Source of the DNA: Callorhinchus milii
Lineage: Eukaryota
Length of the DNA stretch: 64,000 nt
Reading direction: 5' to 3'
NCBI RefSeq assembly: GCF_018977255.1
Contig: NW_024704742.1
Span: 14,386,001 to 14,450,000, forward strand
Made by a program: the position numbers and the translations under genes. The notes beneath the pieces are model-generated. The model was not told where the DNA came from, did not search any database, and saw only the letters and a program-made list of their open reading frames with translations. This document shows, piece by piece, positions 12,484 through 24,049 of the stretch (within the stretch, counting starts at the first letter, position 1; each line of letters begins with the position of its first letter).

Positions 12484-12930
12484 CCACTGTACCACAGTGG
12501 TGGGTATTTGTTTATTTTGGTCAGCTGGATGTCTGACACATGTGGATATCCAGCATCATGCTTAAGGGTATCCAAACCAAATTGAGATTTCCATGCGTCC
12601 CACCTACACATGGAAATCCCAGAGACAGATTGTTTGAATGGAATGTGCTCTCTCCCTGGAGGTACACTTCCTGCTTACCTAATTCCGGAAAATATTAGGC
12701 CCAAGTTGGCAAGAGCCAAGACTTGGGGACTCCAAAGATACCGTTAGAGTTTGACCGGCTAAAACCACATAGTTTTCCATTGATATCATTGCCTAGCAAG
12801 GTTTCCCACTCCTTGTCCAGCTAGGACCGTTCTACCAGTTAAGGCTTTGGCTTACAGGGTTAAGAGGAGCTGAGAGGGGCCTGTCCTCAGTGACTGGTCT
12901 GCCCTTCCAAGTCCTGCCAATGAACCAGGC
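12484..12930. repeat. Unclassified dispersed repeat, copy 1
   Basis: Aligns by eye with 27635-27870 (reverse), 16360-16445 (forward), 16780-16840 (reverse) and 17176-17210 (reverse). Confidence 0.65.
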
Positions 12931-14777
12931 TGGCTGTGGTGTCCTCAGCAGTGCCTTGGTGTTGAAGGCTGGTGACTGACTCAGTGTCAAAGAGGTAAGA
13001 GTGAGAGTGTGCTGGAAGTGTGATGGAAGTGAGGCATGAAAAAGACCAAGTGAGTCTCAGACGATTTGCAACACAGACATAGGCAAAGCCTCACAGTGAA
13101 AAACTGATAAGAGAAACAAAGTGACAGACACAAAGATAAAATGAGACTCATAGCAAGCAAACCCACAGGGAGGTGGGATAGCTGTAGATAGGGGATGGAG
13201 ACAAGAGGTAAGGGAGAGAAAAAGGCAAACAGGAGTCAATGACTAATTAGCAAACAGAATATACTTACACTTGCTGCCAACAACTCACTTCTACAGAACT
13301 TCACATCTGAGCCCTGTTCCCCATTTCCTGTCTTGGGATGAGACAGTTTACTCGTTTCTAAAAACACTAGTTTAAATTGCCTATAGTAGTGTTTACTAAT
13401 GTCATAAATATTGAAACAAAAAATCAGTATGCTGTATTTACCCTGGGAACAGACTGTGGTTTGGGAGAGGAAGCTAGCTTTCACAACTTTTAATTGTCTA
13501 CTGACACCAAATGTGCAGAAGTAAAACCCCTTTCTAACCGGTTACTACAACTGGTAACGCTGAACATTCTAAGAGTTGGTGAAACAAAAGAATGTTAGGA
13601 TTATTAAACTTATTTCCTGAATAATCAGTTTGAAAAATATATAATTATTTTAGATAATTTCTCATTACTGTATTATCTATATGGGTCTTGATTGGCACAG
13701 AGTTTGCAAACGCTGTATGTTGAAACTTGACTGAAGAATGTTGAGCTTGAACAAATATTTCCTCAAGACACAACCAATCATCTCACTCAGCTCATGATGC
13801 CAATGTTCCCTGCTATTGCTTCCTGAATGGGAACTAACTTTTGATGTTGCAAAGGACTTAAAAATTAAAGTAGCAGCTCAAAAAACAGCTAAAATTGGGG
13901 TCAAACCATGATAATGACGATGGTTACAATCTCTGCTCAGTTTTGAGGCTGGTCAATTTTGTACCGAAAATAGTAGACCAACTGAAGGACAATATCACAT
14001 CCAAGTTACTGCACATATTGTAGTCTTGTCTTCACCCAGATTGGTCGATTGAGTTAAGCAGAAGCAGTTGACACCCCAACAGCACCAATTCTCATCTGAA
14101 AAAATCCCCTTAAGAGAATAAGGATCTATCTCAGGGAACATCAACCAAAAGAGAACATGTTGCAACAGTGAGTCACGCTAACAGAATGCAACTTCATACA
14201 TCGAGAAGAAAACATTTAATAGTTTTAATAACTGAGCTTGGCTGATGCATAGAATGAATTTTTTTTAAATATAAAATCTGTATAAATAGATTTCAGGCTA
14301 CGTCAAAACACTCTGAGGGAAAGTGGTAGTTTGCAGTCTGTGTTTCAGATCATTGTAATGTAATTTTAGATCCAAGGTGCTTTTCCTGGTGGCCTAGCTC
14401 TAATAATAGTATTTTCCTGAGAAATTTTGTTGACCCCATATAAATGCAAATGTGTTATGGGGGTGGCGTTGGGGGTGTACTGTGTTGATGGAGGTGCTGT
14501 TCTTCGGATGAGATGTTAAACTAAGATCGTGTTTTTAAACCTTTCCGCCCAATGCAAAGAATTATGCAGAATTATCTAAATGTTGCGCAAGGCATCAAAA
14601 TATAAATGGTTTATTTGCAAACTGTCTGTTCCCCCCAAAAAATAATTATTAAAGACCACAGCAGGCTCGTTGGATGTTTTGGCATCAGCATCCCACAGGG
14701 GCTCCTGTTCTGCCACCTACCATCCCGACATGTTTGTAGCCCAAAGCCTACAACTCGCCCAATATTATGGGTGGTGT

Positions 14778-15150
14778 GGAGCCTTGTAGTGCAGCGGTAA
14801 GAACACTCGCCTGGCAAGCGAGAGACCTGGGATCAATTCCTGGCAGGGCCCAACTGTGGGCAAGTTTCCTTACCCCACACACACGCTTAGATTTACTCTG
14901 CAGTAAGTAGGAACCTGGTTGTCAGTCGATTGGCAGATCAATTTTTCGGGGGGAATACTTCATCAAAAATAATTTTAAATAATTGGTCGCTTCAATCTAT
15001 GACTATTTGTAGGTCACTGCTGTTGCAATTGGCTGCCGCGTTTTGGCCACTAAATATACGGTCAATTCACTTTACAGCACACTTTACAGTGAAGCGCTTC
15101 GAGACGCGATCAGGTGGTATATCAAATGGAAGGATTATTATTGTTATTAT
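14778..15150 (+). mobile_element. tRNA-derived SINE, long form, just upstream of the METTL14 promoter
   Basis: Head ctcgcctggcaagcgagagacctggg, internal cagtaagtaggaacctggttgtcagtcgattggc segment, and tail. Confidence 0.85.
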
Positions 15151-15287
15151 ATGTCATTATTGTCGCCTCCTCTGGGTACCGGATGCCCAATTCAGGTTTA
15201 GTGCTTTTAAACCTGTCTTCAAAGAGAGTTTTAAAAACAAACAACCTTTTGCAGATTTAAATGACATTTTTTTAAAAAAAAATTTGA

Positions 15288-15770
15288 CACCCGCCCGAAG
15301 TGGATTTTTTCACGCAGTGAAATAATGAAAACCCGCCCAATTGGGCGTGAACCCGCCCCAATCTGCTCACATTGGCGGTGATGCTTCTGCTGGAGCACGT
15401 GACATTCGCTGCTCTTGCTGCGCGCGGCGGCGGCCGGAAGTGTAAGGAAGCGCGCGCGTGGGCGGACGGGGTGGCGGTTGGTGTTTGAAGCGCTGCGCGA
15501 GCGAGAGAGAGAGAGGGAGAGAGAGTCGCGAGGGGAGGATGAACAGCCGTTTACAGGAGATCAGAGAGAGGCAGAAGCTGCGGCGTCAGCTGCTGGCACA
15601 GCAGGTCAGGAGGGGAGGGGCGGGGAGAGGGACACGCCGCCGAGGGTGGGGACACTGTTGGCCACCGCGGGGTTGACTGGGCGGCGGCGGCTGCCGGGGG
15701 AGAGGAAGCGGCCTAGGCCTCAGCACACAACACAGTGCTGGAGCGGAGAGGCCGCGCTTTTCACCTACTA
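15288..15770 (+). promoter_or_regulatory. METTL14: CpG-rich housekeeping-type promoter and first exon of METTL14
   Basis: GC boxes CCGCCC (15291, 15333, 15353), CCAAT motifs, E-box CACGTGAC (15396-15403), ETS site CCGGAAGT (15434-15441). High CpG density against a CpG-poor background. Confidence 0.75.
15539..15604 (+). CDS. METTL14: METTL14 coding exon 1 (MNSRLQEIRERQKLRRQLLAQQ)
   Basis: Recognisable METTL14 N-terminus; donor CAG|gtcagg. Confidence 0.96.
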
Positions 15771-15838
15771 AATTAACACAGAAACACAGATGGAATAACC
15801 AGAATGCTAATCGTTTATCAAATTCAATGAAACAGTTA

Positions 15839-15905
15839 AGGGGGTGGGTGGGTGAGCAGGTGGGTGGGTGAGCAGGTGGGTGGGTGGGTGAGGGGTTCAG
15901 GGGGT
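15839..15905 (+). repeat. (GGGT)n-based G-rich tandem repeat in intron 1
   Basis: Repeated gtgggtgggtgagcag units; G-quadruplex potential is inference. Confidence 0.75.
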
Positions 15906-16057
15906 GAGGTGTAGCCTGGTCTCAGGGCATGACTGGGTGTCTTGACACATGCGAGACCCATCACTATACTGAAACCGGACCGTTTGCGAAGGATATCGCT
16001 GTCTGGAAAGCTTTCCCGCTGCTCGTCCAGCAATGACTGCGAGCGCTCAAACCTGTA

Positions 16058-16349
16058 GTCCTGTAGCTCAGTGATTAGAGCCTTCAGCTCGCAAGCGAGA
16101 GACCTGGGTTCGATTCCCGGTAGGGTGAAACTTTGGGCAAGTTTCCTTACTCCACACACCTGATAATAATCCCTTAAGAAAAAAAACAATAATAAATTGG
16201 GTCACTCAGTCCACAACTGTTTGTGGGTCTCTGCTGTGTTTTGCCCACAAATGTATAGTCAATTCATTTTACAGTATATTCTGTGAAGTGCTTTGAGACA
16301 TCACAAAGATGTGATGAGGCACTATATCAAATGCAAGGATTATTATTAT
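16058..16349 (+). mobile_element. tRNA-derived SINE, short form
   Basis: gtcctgtagctcagtg head, GGTTCGATTCC B-box, family tail. Confidence 0.9.
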
Positions 16350-16354
16350 GACCG

Positions 16355-16845
16355 CCAAACCTGTTAGGGCTGAAGCTTGCAGGGTTAACAGGACCTGAGC
16401 AGGATGGCTCCCAGCAACTGGTCTGCCCTTCCAGTTCAGCTCCAAGGAGACCCCACTTACCTCTCTCTTCCCTCCCCTAAGAAGGATAGTCACTAGTTGG
16501 TCATTTAACACCTGATAAGTGCATGTTGGATGGATGGCAAATACCAGGAACTCCCCATGAGCTTCCTGCTGACACATCCCTATCCATTGAGCAATCATTC
16601 CACGAGTTGAAGGTCTGTTAACACTTCCAGTTTATGATTGCCCTCTTGGATCAGTTAACACTGATCAGCAGCTACCACTCAATACCAAATTAGGTGGATT
16701 CTAAGCCCTGGATATATGAACAGGTATTCAAAATTCAGACTCCCCAAGATTTGGAGGAGCAAACCATTGAGAGCAGGGATTCTTGCCACTCAGATCTCGT
16801 TACCCTTTCAAGCCAAAGCCCTAACTGGTAGGGTGGTCCATTTTA
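16355..16845. repeat. Unclassified repeat with inverted ends
   Basis: gttagggctgaagcttgcagggttaac (about 16363) and taccctttcaagccaaagccctaac (about 16801-16825) are imperfect reverse complements. Both match 12838-12870. Confidence 0.55.
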
Positions 16846-16932
16846 TAAAACAGAGTGAAGCTTACTAGACATTGCTTTACAGTAGCAATCTATGCTGTTT
16901 TAGCTGCTTATACTCTCAACAGTACACCATTG

Positions 16933-17172
16933 CAGGGGAAACCTTGGGCAAGTTTCCTTACTCCTAATAATAATCCCTCCAAAACNAAAAACAATAATAA
17001 ATTGGTCATCTTCAATCTACGACTGTTTGTGGGACATTGCTGTGCGGAATTGGCTGCCGCATTCGCCCACAAATATACAGTCAATTCACTTTACAGTATA
17101 TTCTGTGAAGCGCTTTGAGACGTCTAGAAGACATGAAAAGCGCTATATCAAATGCAAGGATTATTATTATTA
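16933..17172 (+). mobile_element. tRNA-derived SINE, 5'-truncated
   Basis: Runs from aaaccttgggcaagt to the (TTA)n tail. Confidence 0.9.
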
Positions 17173-17214
17173 TGCTGGGTCCCCAAGTCTTGGTTGTTGA
17201 CCAACCTGAGTTCC

Positions 17215-17620
17215 ACATTCTGGCCACCCTTTGTGTGAAGGAGTTCTTCCGAAACGCCTATTAGATCTACTTCCATCTTATTTATGCCTGCTTGAACCCA
17301 TCAACAAGTGGAAACAGCCTCTCAACAGCCACATTATTGAATCCTTTCATAATCTTAAACATTGTTATCAGGTTCCTTCTCAGTCGTCTCAATCCAGAGA
17401 GCAAAGTTGCAACCTGTCCAATCTTTCTTGACAGCTATCCATTCACCCCAGTGACATTCTTGTAAATCTTTGTTGTTCTTTCTCCAATGCTGCAATATTT
17501 TTCCTTTACTATGTGACTTGAACTGTACAGAGTAATCCAAATGTGGTTAACTCAGGGTTGATATAAATTTAACATTATTTCCCTACTTTTATACTCTTCC
17601 TCTGGATATTAAACTAATTA
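17215..17620 (-). mobile_element. Old CR1-like fragment
   Basis: Degenerate antisense CR1 signatures (tgtgtgaaggagttcttcc, aactgtacagagtaatccaaatgtggt). Confidence 0.45.
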
Positions 17621-18612
17621 ATCAATGAAGTACTGTGTTATCCCTAAATTATTGTATTGCAAATGAACAATTTTAGGACTGTAATTGCATAATATGATAA
17701 AATAAATGATTGGTGGTACTGAATATTTCTCTAATTCTATTTCATAAGGTAGTTTTAATCAATCGAATCCTTTTATAAATCTCCAGTGAGCCAGCAATAC
17801 TCAAAATGTCAAAGTAACAAGTAAAAGATACTGCATGTTAGAATCCTTGATGCAGTTTTATTTCTGTTATTTGGCTTTCATAACTGCAGTGAAAATCATA
17901 CTGAATACTCCAGTGAGTTCCTTATTTTATTATTTACATTTTGTTTTTAATAAAATACTATATTTTGATAAACACAAGGTTAAACAATTCAAGGTATATC
18001 TACACTGATACATAAATACACTGAATGAGAAGGAGGAATATTGCATTTGAAATAGAAATGTGTTTTTTAATGGCTAACAATTCTTTGTTAAACTTAAGAG
18101 AATTAAAGTGTAAGCTAAACTCATTTACAATTTATATGGTTACAAAAGTTCCCTTTTCACTGTATTTCTGCCAAATAGTTCTTAATTGATTCTATGTCTA
18201 CTTGTTTCCACTACACTGCCCTACATTGCCTCACTAATGCCTCTCATAGAGTGCCTTGAAGTGTGAAGATGTCATTTATGGGTGTCGTGAGAAACTGGAA
18301 CCAGCAGCAGTTGTATCTTTCTACCACTAGTCAAGTTGATTATCCTGCTATTGTATGGTTAATCTGTAACTAATTAAAAATAACATGCTGTTGGCCAAAG
18401 TTTTACAAAATGGGTTGTTCAACTTGTGCTGCAGGTTTCTACTTATTTGATCTCGGGAATAAAAGGGAAAGGAATTCATTAACCCACCAGTGTAGTTTTA
18501 AATTCTGCATTTATATATTTTTATAAATTCATTTCAAAATTGTCTGTGCAGCTTTGTGTAATTGATGCAGAAACTTTAAAGTTTTACTAAAATCTATGTT
18601 TCTGTTTCTTAG

Positions 18613-18701
18613 CTGGGAGCTGAAAGTGCTGATAGTATTGGGGCAGTCCTGAACAGCAAAGAAGAACAGAGAGAGATTGCTGAAACCAGAGAAACGTGCA
18701 G
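18613..18701 (+). CDS. METTL14: METTL14 exon 2 ([30 protein letters not shown])
   Basis: Acceptor ttcttag|CTG; donor AG|gttggt. Confidence 0.96.
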
Positions 18702-18954
18702 GTTGGTGGGAAGGCAGCTAGCTGCTTTTTATTCTTTCAATTTGTAAAATATAATTTTCTCTATAGAGTATAAAATAAATTCCAAATAATATAATGGATT
18801 TGTAACTGGTTTAGGAATACTTTCCGCATGTCACAACATTTAGAAGGCAATTCTAACCAGTATTGAATTGCATTTTAAATGCATTATAGTTAAATAACAA
18901 AATATAACTGTTGAAAGATAATGTTTACAACTCAACAGCATCCACTTATGAGGA

Positions 18955-19225
18955 GTCAGCATGACTCAGTTGCTAAAACTCACCTCGGGTGAGGCAGAAG
19001 AGTTATTGATTCAAAGTGCAAACAGAGCCTTGACACTCCAGAGTAGTACAGAGGGAGTCTGCTCTACAGATGAGATGGTAAACTGAGTTCCTGTCTGCCT
19101 TTTCAGATGGACATTAAAGATCCCATGGCAGTATACAAAAACAGTGTCCTGGCCAACAATCCCCCAGATAACATTGGTTATTCAGTTCATTGCTGTTTGT
19201 GGGACATTTGAGTGCTATGCAGAAT
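18955..19225 (+). mobile_element. Deu-type SINE, degenerate
   Basis: gatgagatggtaaactgag...cagatggacattaaagatcccatggca...gtgtcctggccaac. Confidence 0.7.
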
Positions 19226-19669
19226 TTTGTTCCACCATGATCCGGCATCTTACAATGAACTAAATTAACCTTATGAGTTCAGATTTATAAAATTAAGGAA
19301 ATTTTTTGCCGTATGTCACAACATTTAGAAGCTTTGGTTTGTATCTTCAATGTACTCAAATCCTGGCTTGCATATACAAAACTCCAGTCTGGTGAGCTGG
19401 AATAGATTTTTTTAAAACCAACAAGTCTCAAAGGCAGCCTATTTTTGTCTTATTTATTGTGCAGTGATGTTTCTTGTGCTTTCCCTATCCTATCTAATGT
19501 ATATTTTAAAGGTTATCCTGACTTACCAACTTACCATGCATGTTTATCTAACTGTTCTTCAGTAATTACCTAAGGGTCTCCAACCTAACTGTGCAGTTAA
19601 GCACATAGTCTGCTCTTCCAAGTATGGATCAGCTGTTTATGACTTCTATAAAGGTTAATAATCATTTAA

Positions 19670-19880
19670 TAATAACTTAATTCTTGCATTTGATAATAAT
19701 TCTTGCATTTGATATAGCACCTCATCGTGTAGTCAACGTCTGATAGTGCTGCACAGGGTTTATTGTAGAGTGTAGTGACTGTATTAGAAGTGTGTTAGCC
19801 AGTTTGCCCACAACAATATTCCGCAAACAGCCATGAAGTGAATGACCAATTTTATCTGGGGTTTGATGGCCAGAACATCT
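19670..19880 (-). mobile_element. SINE 3' fragment with duplicated tail motif
   Basis: taattcttgcatttgata occurs twice in tandem, followed by the family 3' region in reverse. Confidence 0.65.
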
Positions 19881-20419
19881 AAGATATTGTATTTGAATCC
19901 AGTATCTTGGGCCACTAATAAATAATAGATACCGTCATCGGAGTGCCTTCAAAGTTAAGACTCGATTCAACAATTTGCCTAATTCTGGATACTGAAGTGC
20001 TACATAAATAGAGTAAGTTTAGATCCAGGATTTCTGCCCGCAAGATATTTTTAGTTAAAACATTTTCTCCATTCTGATAGCATGGCTCCATTTTGGTATG
20101 CAGTGGCCTCCAGCAATTGTTTCTGTTCATTTGTTTGGTATTTTGTTGATTCACAGAATCTCCAAGCAATGTCTTTAGAAGATTGCTTTTACAGACATTT
20201 AGAAGTCAGATCAAGTTTCTTGCTTTGTTTCTGTAAGTGTAGTTGGATGATTTTGCACAAATGTGTACAATTTCTTTTTTGTTATTACGGATACCGCCAC
20301 TGAAATTAAACAAAATTATTACAGTAGATAGGATTGTCTGTGTGTATTTGTGTTGTTTTTGGTTTGTCAACTTTGTACAACATATTTAAATGTCACGATA
20401 TGTATGAAAGAGTACCGGC

Positions 20420-20665
20420 CTGCTTCATGCCCCTCACCCTACCCACCCCACCATCTTTCGGCTCACCAGGCTTTCAGCCATTCTTCCACCGCTCTCTGGA
20501 ATTTCCTCTCTTGTCCTTCAAGGCACGTTTCAAAACATACTTTTTTTTACCGCATTTTGATCTTTCCCCTCCCCACCCTCAGCTTGGGTACCCATCCAGC
20601 AGTATGAATGCACTTTGGGACATCCTCTTGACTTGAAAGGTACTATATAAATGTATATTGTATTA
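20420..20665 (+). mobile_element. L2 3' fragment
   Basis: ctttcagcca..ctctggaattt..ttgggacatcctcttgacttgaaaggtactatataaatg. Confidence 0.75.
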
Positions 20666-20847
20666 ACTCACTTGCTAGTGGGTATGGTTCATCACAAAAA
20701 ACACATGTAATTAACTATGATTGGCTCTAAATTGAAAGTCTCAATCAGGGAGGCAGTAAAGGCTGGGCTGTTGTACAAAATGTGAATGCTAGGATATTAA
20801 TAATAATCCTTGCATTTGATAGCCTCATCACATCTTCGATATGTCTC

Positions 20848-21460
20848 AAAGCCCTCCACTGTTCTTCCCCCTACCTCTCCGACCTCCTAACCCAGGGTGA
20901 AACCTTGGACAAGTTTCCTTACTCCACATGCCTATTAATAATCCCTCAAGAAAAAAAATTAATAAAATTGGTCATTTTCAATCCACGACTGTTTGTGGGA
21001 CACTGCTGTGCACGATTGGCTGCCGCATTTCGCCCACAAATATACAGTCAATTCACTTCACAGTATATTCTATGAAGTGCTTTGAGATGTCTAGAAGATG
21101 TGAAAAGCTCTATATCAAATGCAAGGATTATTATTATTATAACCCCATATTAGCCTGTCCACTCCCTCTGCTCAGCAGACACCAACCTGCTTCAGGCCTC
21201 TCGCACTTCCCACCCCACCATTGGTGGTTGGGCATTCAGTATCTCTGCCCCCACACTCTGGAACTCCATCCTGCAATCTGTCTCCTCACTCCTTCGCTTT
21301 TCTCCTTCAAGTCCCATCTAAAGACCTTCCTCTTTGGCCAACCTCCCTGCCGCCCACCCATCCTGACCCCAATTACCAGCTCGGGTCCAAACACCCTGAC
21401 TGCAGTGCCTTGGGACGTCTTTCCGATGTGAAGGGTGCTAAACAAGTGTAATTTGTTGTT
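20848..21460 (+). mobile_element. L2 3' fragment interrupted by a SINE
   Basis: aaagccctccac..cctacctctccgacctcctaaccc resumes after 21140 and ends gggacgtctttccgatgtgaagggtgct. Confidence 0.8.
20894..21140 (+). mobile_element. 5'-truncated SINE nested in L2
   Basis: Family body and tail, flanked by taaccc at 20888-20893 and 21140-21145. Confidence 0.9.
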
Positions 21461-21510
21461 TCTGTGTAATCATCCATAATATCAAATGTGACAATTCTAA
21501 TTATTATATC

Positions 21511-22050
21511 ATAAGACCACAAGATGTAGGAGCAGGAGTAGGCCATTCTGCCCCTCGAGCCTGCCCCGCCATTTAATAAGATCATGGCTGATCTTCTAAC
21601 CTAATTCCATTTACCCGCCGTATCCCCATATCCCTTAATCCCTCTTTTAGAAATCTACCAACCTCAGTGTTGAATATGTTGAAGGACTGAGCATCCACAG
21701 CTTTTGGAGTAGAGAATTCAAAAAATTCCCTACCCTCTGAGTGAAGAAATGTTTCCTCAACTCAGTTTGAAAAAGCTGACCCTTAATGTTGTGACTATGA
21801 CCCCTAGTTGTAGATTCTCTAACCAGGGGAAACAGTCTCACGACATCTATACCCTGTCAAGACCCTTAAGAATCTTATAGGTTTCTATAAGATCGCCTCT
21901 AATTCTTCTATATTCTAAAGAATATAGGCCTAGTTTACTCATCCTATCCTCATAGGTCAACCCCTCGTCCCAGGAACCAACCTCGTAAATCTACGCTGCA
22001 AGTATGTCCTTTCTTAAATAAGGAGACCAAAACTGCACACAATATTCACA
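21511..22050 (-). mobile_element. CR1-clade LINE 3' fragment
   Basis: Minus ORF LFPLVRESTTRGHSHNIKGQLFQTELRKHFFTQRV carries CR1 ORF2 C-terminal motifs TRGH and FFxxRV. The tail matches 11979-12212. Confidence 0.9.
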
Positions 22051-22420
22051 ATATCACTTGCTTTTAGAGCGTTTTTTTTTGCAACAGCACATTTTATGTT
22101 GCTACAAATAGTTTCAGCAATTAAAAAAAAATGTGGACTTAGACTGCTTTTTTGATAAAAGGAGTGAACACCAACTTCTGTTCAGAACTGAAAAATAAAC
22201 ATGTAATTTGCTGCATCTTTTAAAATGCTAATTCATGAAGAAGCACAATAACAGTCAGTTATTTATTGACATTAAAAATGTAATGGCATTTTAATGTCAG
22301 TAAGCTTTTGGACCTTGCACACCTAGTTCTGCTTTGCACCAATTTGAAAGAGATTATGTTATTATCCATTGTTGCCAATTTACAGTATTTTCAAAATCAC
22401 ACCAGTCTAAAACCAATAGA

Positions 22421-22797
22421 TAATAATAATCCTTGCATTTGATATAGAGCCTTATCACTTCTTCGAGACATCTCCAAGCGCTTCACAGAATATACTATAA
22501 AGTGAATTGACTGTATATTTTGTGGGTGAAACACAGCAGGCAATTGTACACAGCAGTGTCCCACAAACAGTCGTGGATTGAGTGACCAAATTATTTTAAA
22601 TTATTTTGAAGGAATTATTACCCCCGGAAAAGTAATCCGCCAATCGATTAACAACCAGGTTCCTACTTACTGTTAGGTAAGCAGAGGCGTGCGTGTGGAG
22701 TAAGGAAACTTGCCCAACGTTTTGCCTTGCTGGGAATCAAACCAAGGTACTCTCGCTTGCGCATCGAGTGCTCTAACCACTAAGCTACAGGACACCA
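22421..22797 (-). mobile_element. tRNA-derived SINE, long form
   Basis: Full head, internal segment and tail in reverse complement. Confidence 0.9.
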
Positions 22798-23961
22798 TAA
22801 CTTTGAATTTACTTTGGGATGTCTTTCAGAAGTGAAAGGCGCTGTATAATTGTAATGTTGAGTACCCATGCCTTCTATTTTTACTTCCCATATACAATAC
22901 CTTGCAATTATCTATATTAAATTGTATTTGCCAGTCATGAATCCATGCGCATATCCTATTATGTCTTACCCGTGATCCACAATGATATCAGTTTGTGAAG
23001 TCTTCCATGTGGTATGAAGATGAATAATACTCTGGGGTGATATCCACATGGCACAAAGTGTATCGCACTTTGACAATGGAGCTTAATTTATATTAATATG
23101 ATATAGTAATGCATAACAACCAATTTGTACACAGCAATTTCCTACAAGTAGTAGGAATGTCAATTATATGCATGTAAAAATCATATCATAGAAGCTACAT
23201 TTTTTGGATACAGCATTTTTTTCTCCTCTATTGTTATAGTCCTCGAGGATGAAAATTACAATAAACTTTGCTTCAATAATTTGCATTGATGGCTGATCGA
23301 TGCAACTTTATTAAGTAGTGAAAGAACCTCTAATTTAGCCCAAACCAAACCATTTTAGATTTTGATAAATTTTTGTTTCCTTTTTTTGAAGGAGCAGACT
23401 GTTTTGGTGAGTATGTTTCCAAAACAAAATTCAAAACTTCCTCCAATACATTGGTGGAGAATGCAGCTTTAATATTGGAAATTCCTCTTATAGGCAGAGT
23501 GCAAAACCAGTTTGGTGATTGTTGGATGAGTAAATTCTAAATGTTACTTTTGACCACTTTCTTTCCTAGAATCATAGACATTCATAAATTTCAATCAGAA
23601 TAGAACCAGAACACCTGTAATTGCAGTTCATGTCCAATTTAAAGTACTGAATCCATATTAAAGCTCCATTTGTCCCTTATAGTTTCTTTAATTTGTTGTT
23701 TCCATTTTTTATGTATGTGTTAATATTTTGCAGCCTAAAATACATAGTTGATACTGATATAGTTATGCTGAATTAATTTATAGAAAGGAGACTTCAACTA
23801 TAGTGGCTAGAGCATAACTAGAAAACATCCCTTTTGGGAGGGAACATTTTGCTTATGCATTATTTTTGTCAATGCAATTTGCATGAGCATGCAAGGGAAT
23901 TTTTTTTATATCTGTTTGTTTTCCAGGGATTTCCTTTTAAATTTTTTTTTACTGATTTCAG

Positions 23962-24049
23962 GGCAACATATGACACATCTGCACCAACTGCTAAACGCAA
24001 ATTTCAAGAAGAAGGGGAGGCTGTCGAAGAAGAATTTGATGAGTATAAA
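23962..24049 (+). CDS. METTL14: METTL14 exon 3 (ATYDTSAPTAKRKFQEEGEAVEEEFDEYK)
   Basis: Acceptor tttcag|G; donor AAA|gtaatt. Confidence 0.94.

Noticed and set aside
12945..12967. REST/RE1-like motif upstream of the neuronal gene PRSS12
   Set aside because: Spacing and several core positions do not fit the RE1 consensus.
15415..15771. 118-aa ORF over the METTL14 promoter and exon 1
   Set aside because: Non-ATG start, low complexity and typical of GC-rich CpG islands. The real frame starts at 15539 and splices at 15604.
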